64,000 nt of DNA from an uncultured delta proteobacterium (GTDB lineage: Bacteria > Desulfobacterota > Syntrophia > Syntrophales > Smithellaceae), in contig CAVWEH010000005.1 of assembly GCA_963753975.1 (NCBI GenBank), forward strand, positions 704,001 to 768,000, read 5' to 3'. The first letter of the stretch is position 1; every line of letters starts with the position of its first letter. Below, piece by piece: positions 9,834 to 19,206 of the stretch. The notes beneath the pieces are model-generated. The model was not told where the DNA came from. It saw only the letters and a list, made by a program, of their open reading frames with translations, and made no database searches. Made by a program: the position numbers and the translations under genes.

Positions 9834-11102
9834 ATGTTTGATTACATGCTGACCAAAGAGCAAATAAAGATCAGGGACGAGGTCCGTGAGCTTGTAAAAT
9901 GGACGCCTCGCCAGATGATTTTGGATATGGATACGGATAAAATCAAATTCCCCAAAGAATTTTTACAGGAAGCAGGCAGACGCAATCTGCTGGGCTGTCG
10001 CTACCCCAAAAAATGGGGAGGCAGGGAAATGGATTGGGTAACCACCTGCATGATTATGGAAGAGGTGGGAACACTCGGTTATGAATTTGCCTGCGTTTTC
10101 GGTGTGGGGGCAGAATTAGTCTGCGATGCCATTATCCTGCACGGCACAGATGAGCAAAAAGAAAAGTACGTAAAGCCTCTCCTGAAGGGGAAGCTTTTTG
10201 CGGCGGAGTGCCTAACGGAGCCGCGAGGGGGCTCGGATTTTTTTGGAGCGACGACTAAAGCCGAGGATAAGGGTGATTATTATCTCTTGAATGGCCAGAA
10301 ACGTTTTATCGTTGGCGCCGAAGGCGCGGATTTTTTTCTCGTTTACGCTAGGAGCCATTCCGAAGCCAAGCCGCAAGAAGCAATAACCTGTTTTATTGTG
10401 GATCGCGGACCGGGTGTGGAAGTGAAATATCTTTACGGCCTTATGGGTTGCCGCGGCGGCGGAACCGGCCGTATTATCTTCCGCAATGTTAAAGTACCTA
10501 AGAAAAATGTTGTGGGAAAAATTCAGGGAGCCTACGCGGTTTTTAATACCATGATGATCCCGGAGAGGTTAGGCACCGCCGCGATGACTATAGGCGCCGC
10601 CCGCCCTGCCCTCGATGTCGCCACGCGATACACATCGAAACGCAAAGCATTCGGCCAGATAATCAATCAATTTGAAGGCGTTAGTTTTCAGATTGCCGAG
10701 GCTGCCATGCTGCTGGATGCGGCACGCGCCGTGGCTTATGTTACGGCCCGCGCGGTGGATGCAGGCGTGGATATGAACCGTGTGCGGCGCATGGTATCGC
10801 AGAGCAAAAAGTTTATCACCGAATCATGTCAGAAGGTCGTTCATAATTCCATGCAGGTGATGGGGGGAATTGCTTACACCAATGTTTTTCCGCTGGAACG
10901 CATCTACCGCGATGTTCGTCTGGCTTCGATTTGGACAGGCACCAGCGAAGTCATGTCCATGATCACGGCTCACGAGTGGTATCGTGAATATTTTCGGGAA
11001 AAGGCAAAGGGCAAAACCCGCGACCATGAACTAGACGCCCCGGAAGCTTTTGATGAAGAAAAAATCTACGACGATGACGATATGTGGAAAAAGGGCTGGT
11101 AA
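9834..11102 (+). CDS. Acyl-CoA dehydrogenase
   Basis: LTEPRGGSD, LNGQKRFI, RKAFGQ, QVMGGIAY, RIYRD, IWTGTSEV. Confidence 0.95.
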   Translation: MFDYMLTKEQIKIRDEVRELVKWTPRQMILDMDTDKIKFPKEFLQEAGRRNLLGCRYPKKWGGREMDWVTTCMIMEEVGTLGYEFACVFGVGAELVCDAIILHGTDEQKEKYVKPLLKGKLFAAECLTEPRGGSDFFGATTKAEDKGDYYLLNGQKRFIVGAEGADFFLVYARSHSEAKPQEAITCFIVDRGPGVEVKYLYGLMGCRGGGTGRIIFRNVKVPKKNVVGKIQGAYAVFNTMMIPERLGTAAMTIGAARPALDVATRYTSKRKAFGQIINQFEGVSFQIAEAAMLLDAARAVAYVTARAVDAGVDMNRVRRMVSQSKKFITESCQKVVHNSMQVMGGIAYTNVFPLERIYRDVRLASIWTGTSEVMSMITAHEWYREYFREKAKGKTRDHELDAPEAFDEEKIYDDDDMWKKGW

Positions 11103-11276
11103 GGGCAAGATATTGAAAATCTGCCGTCTAACCGGTGATAAAATTTTTTAATATAGTCATACAAACTATTTGACCAAATCCAGTCATTTTATTATATTCA
11201 CGTATCGAGAGTGCCGGTTTGGAGAGTGGCCGGTATTTTGCTGTGCTATTAATCCTTATTAATGGAGGTTCAGACT

Positions 11277-11387
11277 ATGGCTAAATCAAGAGACATAAAG
11301 AAGGACGCGAAGAAGAAACCCGCCAAAACGGCGAAAGAAAAAAGAGAAGCCAAGAGATTGAAAAAAATGACCAGAGAAGGATTATAG
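11277..11387 (+). CDS. Small Lys-rich protein, 36 aa (MAKSRDIKKDAKKKPAKTAKEKREAKRLKKMTREGL)
   Basis: GGAGG RBS, open frame read by hand; below the ORF-track size cutoff. Confidence 0.7.
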   Translation: MAKSRDIKKDAKKKPAKTAKEKREAKRLKKMTREGL

Positions 11388-11464
11388 TGAGACTCAAATA
11401 TTGCGAGTATAACAAAGCAATATTTGCTAGCCGAACTATCCCCGAAGCGCAGCGGAGCGGGATA
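11386..11464 (+). repeat. Family-A repeat overlapping the small ORF's stop codon
   Basis: AGTGAGACTCAAATATTGC...GCAATATTTGCTAGCCGAACT followed by ATCCC...GGGAT hairpin. Confidence 0.8.
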
Positions 11465-11579
11465 ACGAGCACCGACCACACACACTATGCTCAAAAAAAT
11501 CAATCACTCATTTTGAATACCGGGCAGAGTGCTGGGGCGGTTTTTTGTTACTGTTAATTATCGGCACAGCGGAGTTAAA

Positions 11580-13190
11580 ATGAAAATTAAATTTCTCGGG
11601 GCGGCAAGAGAAGTTACCGGCTCTTGTTTTATTATTGAAACGGATAAGGTAAGATTCGCTGTTGACTGCGGCATGCATCAGGGCAGCGATGAAATAGAAA
11701 AACGCAACTGGGATGTCGACATATATGAACCTGAGCATATCGATTTCATCCTGATTACTCATGCCCATATTGATCATTCGGGATTACTCCCCCGTATTGT
11801 GCAAAAAGGATTTCGCGGCCTTATTTACGCAACCGAGCCCACCGGCGACCTGATTAAGATATTGCTTTTGGACAGCGCGCATATACAGGAAGTCGAATCA
11901 ACGTGGAAAATCAAAAAAATGCAGCGTCACGGCAACACTGACGATGCCTTACCGCTTTACACGACGAAAGATGCCGAATCCGTCAGTCCGCTAATTAAAA
12001 CCAAAACCTACAACGAGGTTTTCAGTCCCGCAAACGGGATAAAAGCCAACTTTCAGGATGCCGGCCATATTTTGGGCGCGGCGATACTGGAATTATTTAT
12101 CGAGGAAAACGGTAAATCCACAAAATTAATTTTCTCCGGCGACATCGGCCGTCGCCACCAGCTATTGATGAAAGACCCCGTAACCGTCAGCGCGGCGGAT
12201 TTTCTTTTTATGGAATCGACCTACGGCGACCGCAACCACAAAGGTGAGGAGGACAGCTTAAATGAAATGGCCGAAGCGATTAAGTACAGTTACTCCAGAG
12301 GGGAAAAAGTCATCATTCCCGCCTTTGCCGTGGAAAGAACCCAGGAAATGCTCTATTCGCTTTATCTTCTTTCCCGGGATGGCAGGCTGCCCAAAGACAT
12401 GCCGGTGATTCTGGATAGTCCCTTGGCAATCAAAGCAACGGAGATATTCCGCCGTTACCGTTCCTATCTCGATTCCGAAACGCAGAGCCTTTTGAAAAAT
12501 GGCGAAGACCCTTTAGATTTGCCGCAGCTTCAGTTTTCTTCAACAACCGAACAATCGAAGCAAATTAATGAATTAAAAGGATCGGCAATTGTTATTTCCG
12601 CGAGCGGCATGGCCAATGCCGGAAGGATCAAACATCATTTGCGGCATAATTTGTGGCGTCCGGGCGCAAGCATTGTGTTCGTCGGCTATCAGGCGGAAGG
12701 CACACCCGGCCGCAAAATTGTCGACGGCGCGAAAAAAATCCGCATCTTCAATGAAGATATCGCCATCAAGGCCAAGGTATGGACTATCAGCGGTTTTTCC
12801 GCCCATGCCGGCCAGAATCAGCTACTGGATTGGCTGGGGAATTTCCGCAATAAAAAAATGCAGGTGTTTTTAGTTCACGGTGAATTTTCCGTGCAAGAGC
12901 AATTAGCCTCAATAATTAGGAAAAAATTGGGCTTTGATGTTACCATCCCCGAATATCTGGAGGAAATACGGCTGAAGGTCGGTGCTGAGTTCGAAGAAGT
13001 AAAACCGGCGAAGGTCGAAGAGACGCGAGTCGACTGGGATTTGTTATTGGGCGATTTGGAATCAAAAATTTCTTCTCTGCAGGGCCTGAAGAAAAAGCTC
13101 CAATCACTGCCTTTGAGCAAACAAATGGAAATCAGGGATACTCTGCACGAAGCGCATGTCAATATTAATGAGATAAAGGATGAGATTTAA
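11580..13190 (+). CDS. MBL-fold beta-CASP metallo-hydrolase (RNA-processing nuclease family)
   Basis: FLGAAREVTGSC, THAHIDHSG, AGHILG, MESTYG, FSAHA, LVHGE. Confidence 0.92.
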   Translation: MKIKFLGAAREVTGSCFIIETDKVRFAVDCGMHQGSDEIEKRNWDVDIYEPEHIDFILITHAHIDHSGLLPRIVQKGFRGLIYATEPTGDLIKILLLDSAHIQEVESTWKIKKMQRHGNTDDALPLYTTKDAESVSPLIKTKTYNEVFSPANGIKANFQDAGHILGAAILELFIEENGKSTKLIFSGDIGRRHQLLMKDPVTVSAADFLFMESTYGDRNHKGEEDSLNEMAEAIKYSYSRGEKVIIPAFAVERTQEMLYSLYLLSRDGRLPKDMPVILDSPLAIKATEIFRRYRSYLDSETQSLLKNGEDPLDLPQLQFSSTTEQSKQINELKGSAIVISASGMANAGRIKHHLRHNLWRPGASIVFVGYQAEGTPGRKIVDGAKKIRIFNEDIAIKAKVWTISGFSAHAGQNQLLDWLGNFRNKKMQVFLVHGEFSVQEQLASIIRKKLGFDVTIPEYLEEIRLKVGAEFEEVKPAKVEETRVDWDLLLGDLESKISSLQGLKKKLQSLPLSKQMEIRDTLHEAHVNINEIKDEI

Positions 13191-14085
13191 TTCCCCTTAT
13201 CCCCGGATGAAAAATTAGCGCCATTTCTTCGATGGCATCCACAATACGCGGCGATGCCCGGCTGATCAAATCGGTATCGATAGGATAAATTCTATTATTA
13301 TCCACCGCCGGTACTCCTTTGAATTCTTGCCAGAAGCGTTTTCCCGCAGCAAATTCCTTGTCGCCGGCCATCGGCGCAAAAAGAATTATATCCGGCGCTG
13401 CCCCCATGATGCCTTCGGCACTGTAGCGGGGATAGCGGGCGGTGTCCCCTCCCGCAACATTAACACCTCCGGCTCGCTCAATAACTTCATTGATTAACGT
13501 ACCTTTGCCGGCCGTAATAACCGGCTCTAAACCAATTTGGAAAAAAACTCGCGGTTTACTTTTATGGTTTATTTGCGCCGTGATATTGTTTAATCTCTTT
13601 TGCAGTTTTTCCACCAGTTTTCCGGCGTCCTTTTCCCGGTTTGTTATTTCGCCTATATGTAAAATGCTTTTCAGGATACCAGCGGTATCGGAAGGATTGG
13701 TTACATAGACGGAAAGACCGATTCTTTCCAATTGCCGCACGGTATCTTTGCGGTTCCCGTCCGCCGTGGCTATGATCAAATCGGGTTTCAGGGAAACAAT
13801 CTTTTCTATGGAAGGATTGGTGAATCCACCGACTCGCGGTTTCTGACGCGCCTGCGACGGCCAATTGCAAAAGGTGGTCACGCCCACAATTTTGTCGTCA
13901 AGGTTAAGTGCGTAAAGAGTTTCCGTTATTCCCGGAGCAAGGGAGACAATCCTCTGGGGAGACTCTTTAATATTTATCTTGCGCCCGATCTCATCCCTTA
14001 CCGTACCGGCCCAAGTTTCGCTTACGCAAAAGAACGTCAAAATAATGAGCAAAGTATTATTAATAATTTTTAATTGTTTGCGCAT
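13165..14085 (-). CDS. btuF: Cobalamin ABC transporter substrate-binding protein (BtuF-like)
   Basis: PQRIVSLAPGITETLYAL, IVGVTTFCNWP, EKIVSLKPDL. Confidence 0.8.
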   Translation of the reverse strand: MRKQLKIINNTLLIILTFFCVSETWAGTVRDEIGRKINIKESPQRIVSLAPGITETLYALNLDDKIVGVTTFCNWPSQARQKPRVGGFTNPSIEKIVSLKPDLIIATADGNRKDTVRQLERIGLSVYVTNPSDTAGILKSILHIGEITNREKDAGKLVEKLQKRLNNITAQINHKSKPRVFFQIGLEPVITAGKGTLINEVIERAGGVNVAGGDTARYPRYSAEGIMGAAPDIILFAPMAGDKEFAAGKRFWQEFKGVPAVDNNRIYPIDTDLISRASPRIVDAIEEMALIFHPGIRGIKSHPLSH

Positions 14086-14147
14086 TATTATAAAACCGTT
14101 TTTCTTGTTTCAGCTTTTTCTGCTTATTTTGGCTGCGGGGAGAAATG

Positions 14148-14717
14148 TCAGTCCATGATTTTATACCGGAAGGAAGCCAATATATTCAAGCGCGAAAGAT
14201 TATATTGCTCCGGCAAGGGATCGTACGGCGCGGCGGCTTTGACTACACCCAACGCTCCTTCATCGAGCTCTATTGCCCCGGAGGAAGACACGAGGGTTGT
14301 TGCAGCAAGGGTACCGCCGGCATCAATGGATAATTTTACCACGACAGTTCCCTCTTCATTTTTACTGTAAGCTTTTTCGGGATAATTCCAAATTCGGAGA
14401 ATCTTCTTTTTGATCTTAACCAAATAAGCGCCATACTTTACATCCATGCTGCCAAGTTCAACAGTCTCTTCCCGCCAGCCGTCATTGACAAGAACATCTT
14501 TCGCGTCTTTGCTCCGTGAGGGTTTTATTTCTTCGGGCCTTTTTTCTTCGTTTTTCTTCGGCTGTATTTCTGTTTCCGGCTCTTTGATATCCACGGTGAT
14601 TATTTCGTCGGCTCTAATATTTTCACGTAAATCGATCATGCCTGTAACGGTGATTAACGCTAGATGCCCAACAAAGGATATTAGGACCGGCAATAATATG
14701 ACTTTTTTTGTATCCAT
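14148..14717 (-). CDS. tonB: Energy transducer TonB family protein
   Basis: N-terminal TM with S..H, charged linker, C-terminal WNYP...EGTV...SSG...LD. Confidence 0.75.
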   Translation of the reverse strand: MDTKKVILLPVLISFVGHLALITVTGMIDLRENIRADEIITVDIKEPETEIQPKKNEEKRPEEIKPSRSKDAKDVLVNDGWREETVELGSMDVKYGAYLVKIKKKILRIWNYPEKAYSKNEEGTVVVKLSIDAGGTLAATTLVSSSGAIELDEGALGVVKAAAPYDPLPEQYNLSRLNILASFRYKIMD

Positions 14718-14816
14718 GTTTTACCGCTTCGGAGCAATTATATACGGCAATTGCCATAAAATCAACTATATGATAACGATGCGGAGAAATTAGATGTCAG
14801 GGAAAGCGGTTGTTAA

Positions 14817-15296
14817 ATGCAAAATCACTATAATTTCATGAAAATTGCGCTGGAGGAAGCCGAGATCGCCTACCGCGAGGGAGAAGTGCCCGTCGGTGCT
14901 GTACTCGTGAGCGAAGGCCGCGTTTTAGCGCGGGCGCATAATTCACCTATTACGAAAAACGATCCTTCGGCGCATGCGGAATTACTGGCCTTAAGGCAGG
15001 CAGGAGAGACTATCGGCAATTACCGTTTGGTAGGCGCGGAACTCTACGTCACACTGGAGCCCTGCGTCATGTGCGCGGGCGCAATTATTCAGGCCCGACT
15101 CTCCCGGGTAATTTTCGGAATGCGTGATCCTAAAAACGGTGCTGTCGTATCATTGTATAAAATTTTAACCGATGAGCGGCTGAATCATCAGGTAGAGATA
15201 ACGGAAGGTATTTTGCAGGAAGAATGCGGGGAACTTTTGAGTAGATTTTTCAGCCAAAAGAGGATAACATCCCGCGCGCTTCGGGCAGATAATTAA
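14817..15296 (+). CDS. tadA: tRNA adenosine(34) deaminase
   Basis: EVPVGAV, AHAE, TLEPCVMCAGA. Confidence 0.95.
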   Translation: MQNHYNFMKIALEEAEIAYREGEVPVGAVLVSEGRVLARAHNSPITKNDPSAHAELLALRQAGETIGNYRLVGAELYVTLEPCVMCAGAIIQARLSRVIFGMRDPKNGAVVSLYKILTDERLNHQVEITEGILQEECGELLSRFFSQKRITSRALRADN

Positions 15297-15298
15297 GT

Positions 15299-15376
15299 GG
15301 AGAGATACCGAAGTGGTCGTAGCGGGATCGACTCGCCCGGCATGCGCCGGGCGTCCGGCGAATGTCGGACGAAATC
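15299..15376 (+). pseudogene. 5'-half copy of tRNA-Ser(CGA), anticodon loop interrupted by a 34-bp palindrome doublet (15336-15369)
   Basis: Matches the start of the tRNA at 15650 with one mismatch up to GACTCG, then insert, then CGAAATC. Confidence 0.9.
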
Positions 15377-15392
15377 TACAATAATTGATATT

Positions 15393-15647
15393 ATGTATTA
15401 CGTTTACATACTACAAAGTGAACGGGATAAAGAATTTTATGTTGGAAGGACTAGTGATCTTAAAAGAAGATATTCGGAACATCAGGCAGGCCGTGTAGAA
15501 TCGACAAGACACAGGTTGCCCATGAAGTTGTTATGTTACGAGGCTTATAGCACGAAAGAAGAATCAGCCAGGCGGGAAGAATATCTAAAAACGAGTGATG
15601 GAAGAAAAGATATCAGGAAACGAATTATAGAAAGCCTGATTAAATAG
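15393..15647 (+). CDS. Stand-alone GIY-YIG nuclease, 84 aa
   Basis: YVYIL...FYVGRTSDLKRRYSEH...ESARREEYLK, i.e. GIY/YIG-like motifs with conserved Arg and Glu. Confidence 0.92.
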   Translation: MYYVYILQSERDKEFYVGRTSDLKRRYSEHQAGRVESTRHRLPMKLLCYEAYSTKEESARREEYLKTSDGRKDIRKRIIESLIK

Positions 15648-15649
15648 AC

Positions 15650-15743
15650 GGAGAGATACCGAAGTGGTCGTAACGGGATCGACTCGAAATCGATTTGGGG
15701 GCCACAAGCTCTCACGGGGGTTCGAATCCCCCTCTCTCCGCCA
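15650..15743 (+). tRNA. tRNA-Ser(CGA)
   Basis: Anticodon arm ATCGA-CTCGAAA-TCGAT, long variable arm, GGTTCGAATCC, GCCA end. Confidence 0.95.
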
Positions 15744-15802
15744 GAAATAGATACGGAGATGTAATATGTTACGTCTCCATAGTTAAAAATATTGTAATGA
15801 CC

Positions 15803-15896
15803 GGAGAGATGTCCGAGCGGCTTAAGGAGCACGACTGGAAATCGTGTGTATGCCCACAAAGGTGTACCGCGGGTTCAAATCCCGCTCTCTCCGCCA
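15803..15896 (+). tRNA. tRNA-Ser(GGA)
   Basis: Anticodon arm CACGA-CTGGAAA-TCGTG, long variable arm, GGTTCAAATCC, GCCA end. Confidence 0.95.
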
Positions 15897-15938
15897 TTTA
15901 TTACTGTAGATAGATAGTAAGGAAGCGTTCATAATGAT

Positions 15939-16020
15939 CGGGTTCACCCGGCACGTGTGACCTTTAGGTTATACGCCGGGTAGTCCGGCGAATGCCGGAC
16001 AAATCCCGCTCTCTCCGCCA
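15939..16020 (+). pseudogene. 3'-end copy of tRNA-Ser(GGA), T-loop interrupted by a 53-bp palindrome doublet (15947-15999)
   Basis: CGGGTTCA[insert]CAAATCCCGCTCTCTCCGCCA is identical to the tRNA 3' end once the insert and duplicated CA are removed. Confidence 0.9.
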
Positions 16021-16065
16021 GAAAACAAAAGCGCAATTGCTTAGAATATAATATGGGTAAAACAT

Positions 16066-16809
16066 ATGATTCTTATGCCTATTCCCGCCATTGATTTTGA
16101 TCCCAGTGAAACAAGTATTCCCTGGAAAGCATTGAATTCTAATAATATCGACATAACTTTTGCAACTCCATCGGGACAGCCGGGCAAAGCTGATCCCAGA
16201 ATGCTAACCGGGAAAGGCCTGGGGATTTGGAAAAAGATATTGATGGCCAACGCCGACGCATTAAATTGCTATTCCTTGATGACTAAAGATAAAAATTTCA
16301 ATAAGCCCATCAAATGGGATGAAATTAATCCGAAAGACTTTGCAGGAATAATTCTTCCTGGTGGTCATGCTCCCGGCATGAGAACATATCTGGAATCCAA
16401 AAAACTGCAAAATATCATTGTCAGGCTCTTTGAAGAAAATAAACCAGTAGGAGCAATATGTCACGGCGCTTTACTCGCTGCGCGAAGCATCAATCCCAAA
16501 ACAGGAAAATCCGTAATATATAATTATAAAACTACTTCACTTTTGAAATCACAAGAGTTGTCTGCGTATTATCTTACATTTCTTTGGCTGGGACGTTATT
16601 ACAGAACATATCCGGTAACGGTTGAAGATGAAGTTAAATCTTATCTAATTGATAAAAAAAATTTCTTCCGGGGTAATTCGGGGCTAATCAGAGATTCCAT
16701 TAACAACACAACGCATAGCTTTTCGGTACGCGACAGAAGCTATTTATCGGCGCGTTGGCCGGGCGATGCCTACCATTTTGCTTTTGAGTTTTTAAAATTA
16801 ATAAAATAG
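16066..16809 (+). CDS. DJ-1/PfpI (type 1 glutamine amidotransferase-like) protein
   Basis: DFDPSE, LPGGHAPG, GAICHG, SARWPGD. Confidence 0.88.
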   Translation: MILMPIPAIDFDPSETSIPWKALNSNNIDITFATPSGQPGKADPRMLTGKGLGIWKKILMANADALNCYSLMTKDKNFNKPIKWDEINPKDFAGIILPGGHAPGMRTYLESKKLQNIIVRLFEENKPVGAICHGALLAARSINPKTGKSVIYNYKTTSLLKSQELSAYYLTFLWLGRYYRTYPVTVEDEVKSYLIDKKNFFRGNSGLIRDSINNTTHSFSVRDRSYLSARWPGDAYHFAFEFLKLIK

Positions 16810-16946
16810 CGCGTTACTTCGCACAAAACGATAAAAACCGGTCTACTTCACCCGGGTCACGACTGCAGATGCAGGCAGACGAACTTGCTACTGTAATAAC
16901 AGGCTGCCGATAGACACTACGCCAATGTGTGTAACTGCGTACCGTC

Positions 16947-17474
16947 TTACTTCTCAGCCAAAATCTTCAGGTTGGCTAAACCGGTCTCGAAGTCCTTACC
17001 GATCATCTTGTCCATACCGAAAAATATGCTCATGACCTTCGCCAAATAGGAATTGGAGCCGTACATGGCCCACGTAACGTTAGTGACGTCGCCCTGCGGT
17101 TGAAGCGTGAACTCAGCGATGCTGTGACCTTCCAGTGGTTTTTCGAAATCCAGTTTAATCACAACCCTGAAAGACGGAGACACTTCCATGATCTCCATAC
17201 GACCCTTGCCTACCTTATTATTGCCTTCCCACGCATACGCAGAACCGATACCTGCTTCAGGGCCACTGAATGTCCTCTTCATTGCCGGATCCATCTTCTC
17301 CCAGGGTGACCAGTCGCCCCATTTATGCAAGTTAGTGATGAGAGGAAATATCTTCTTTGGCTGCGCCTTGATGCTCGCCGTACGCTCGACACGGAACGTG
17401 TCCGGTTTGGTCGCGGCAAAAACCAGCAGACCGACTATCAAAACGACCAATGCAATAACGATTATTTTTATCAT
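16947..17474 (-). CDS. SRPBCC / polyketide cyclase family protein
   Basis: FRVERT, WSPWEKMDP, WEGN..VGKG.M, MDKMIGKDFE.GL..LK. Confidence 0.88.
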   Translation of the reverse strand: MIKIIVIALVVLIVGLLVFAATKPDTFRVERTASIKAQPKKIFPLITNLHKWGDWSPWEKMDPAMKRTFSGPEAGIGSAYAWEGNNKVGKGRMEIMEVSPSFRVVIKLDFEKPLEGHSIAEFTLQPQGDVTNVTWAMYGSNSYLAKVMSIFFGMDKMIGKDFETGLANLKILAEK

Positions 17475-17875
17475 ATTATCCTCCTTCTGTTTCTTAATTT
17501 ACCGCCTAACCACACACTAGGCATGGTAAGTATTATAAGCGCAATTGGATACCATGTACCCGATGATGCTATTGCGTTGTCCCAATTTGCAATTGATCCG
17601 AGTATAGCAAATACAAGTCCTATTACTCCAAGAATGATGGCATGACGCATTGGTCGACTTGGTGCTAAAGTTGCGGTAACATAACCGCCCACTGCTGCAT
17701 AGATAGTGCGATATATAAGCGCAAGAAAAAGCATCCACCAGGCGTGAGAACCAGGTTCACCTTGCGGGGGAAAAACACCAAGTTTTTCCAATATAATATC
17801 TGTCCCAACACTTAAGACAAAAACCGCAATAAATCCTGTCAGGATGGCGCCAATACTTTTCAAAATGTTCTTCAT
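17471..17875 (-). CDS. Hypothetical membrane protein (about 4 TM)
   Basis: Hydrophobic segments; ATGA overlap with the downstream gene. Confidence 0.75.
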   Translation of the reverse strand: MKNILKSIGAILTGFIAVFVLSVGTDIILEKLGVFPPQGEPGSHAWWMLFLALIYRTIYAAVGGYVTATLAPSRPMRHAIILGVIGLVFAILGSIANWDNAIASSGTWYPIALIILTMPSVWLGGKLRNRRRII

Positions 17876-17959
17876 ATCTTTCCACCCCTTTTCACCTCGT
17901 TCAGCGTTTCTCTCTTTTTAGGATTTCGCACTGCTTAAAAATTTGATGCACTGATTTTA

Positions 17960-18712
17960 TCACCGGCTATTCATCTGTTGAAAGCTTTTGTCCAACTCTG
18001 CTCGGGACGCCTGGATAAATCCTTCCGACATCCCATAAGCTATTTCAAATGCGTCATTTTGGAAGCCTTTCATCACTGCGGCGACAAATTTATCAGCCGT
18101 GAGACCCGCTTTAAAATTGCCTCTTTGGGCTCTTCCCTCCTGATTCAATTCCGTATCCACCGCCGGGGGAACCACCTCAAAAACTTTGATCCCTTGATTT
18201 TTTAGCTGATGTCTCAGGGCCATAGAAAAGGCATGGAGGCCGGCTTTGGTCGCGCTGTACACGGGCATTCGGGCCATAGGCACAAAACCTAATCCCGAGG
18301 AGATATTGATAATGGCGGCTTCTTTTTTTTCGGTCAAATATGGAATAAAGAGCCCGGATAGAACAATCGGGGCTTCCAGGTTGATTTTTATTTCACTATC
18401 GCCTGCCAGAAATTCGTCAATACCTTTTGTGAAATCAATATCTCTTTGGATGCCGGCATTGTTAACCAGGATGTTTAAATTTCTGAAATTGGCAGTTGCC
18501 CATTCCACAAGCGCCTTTCGATCAGCTTCATCAGCAACATTACATACCTTGATATGAAAACCCGGATGTTTCTTCTGAGCCTGAAGAAGTCTTTCTTTCC
18601 TGCGGCCGCAAATGATGACTTCATTTCCCGCTTTCAGGAAAGATTCGGCCATCGCATATCCAATGCCCGTCGCTCCACCAGTAATCAATACCGTATTTCC
18701 TGAAATCTTCAT
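17960..18712 (-). CDS. Short-chain dehydrogenase/reductase (DltE-like)
   Basis: TGGATGIG, NNAG, SSGLGFVP, YSATK. Confidence 0.9.
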   Translation of the reverse strand: MKISGNTVLITGGATGIGYAMAESFLKAGNEVIICGRRKERLLQAQKKHPGFHIKVCNVADEADRKALVEWATANFRNLNILVNNAGIQRDIDFTKGIDEFLAGDSEIKINLEAPIVLSGLFIPYLTEKKEAAIINISSGLGFVPMARMPVYSATKAGLHAFSMALRHQLKNQGIKVFEVVPPAVDTELNQEGRAQRGNFKAGLTADKFVAAVMKGFQNDAFEIAYGMSEGFIQASRAELDKSFQQMNSR

Positions 18713-19102
18713 TGAAAATTTCCTCCGTTAATTTTTGCCGGATAGCCAACTGTGTGGGCAAAGAAAATATTTACCAATAAATGCGGCTGTGGATTTCTTT
18801 TTCTTTCCTTCACTCATCAGCAATTCTTCCTTTTTATTTCAGCAAGGCACAATAAGAACATAATAATGAATTGTTATTTTTCAAATACAAACTTTGCACT
18901 GCTATTAGTCAACTCGTACTGGAGATTCCCAATGTTTATATCCTGCTGTTATTTAAGAAGAAAATAATAAACGCCGGTTGCATAACGGTCGTTTTCGACC
19001 ATCATAATGTCTGCGAAAAATCGATATAAAAAATTTGAGTTGATTCCTATTCATTTATCAATTAAGAGTTTCGCTGAAGAATTTGCTTTTTATAAAAAGA
19101 TA

Positions 19103-19200
19103 TGGCCGGGTCCCGTGCAACGGTGGCTTGTGAACCCCGTCAGGTCCGGAAGGAAGCAGCGGCAGCAATGTTCCGCCTTGTGTTGCGGTAAACCTGGCCA
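19103..19200 (+). ncRNA. ffs: Signal recognition particle RNA (small type)
   Basis: GTCAGGTCCGGAAGGAAGCAGC helix-8 motif, TGGCC/GGCCA closing stem, canonical position upstream of dnaX. Confidence 0.95.
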
Positions 19201-19206
19201 CCAGTA

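Noticed and set aside
14085..14817. Cobalamin riboswitch upstream of btuF/tonB
   Set aside because: No B12-box or GGGAA...ACTG consensus, and the spacers are too short
15297..15392. 32-aa N-terminal extension of the GIY-YIG ORF in the ORF track
   Set aside because: It is a translation of the pseudo-tRNA and palindrome; the family-typical start is MYYVY at 15393
18780..19005. attC-like GCATAAC after an AT-rich ORF remnant (similar GCACAAAAC near 16820)
   Set aside because: No matching GTTRRRY box or hairpin, and no integron integrase
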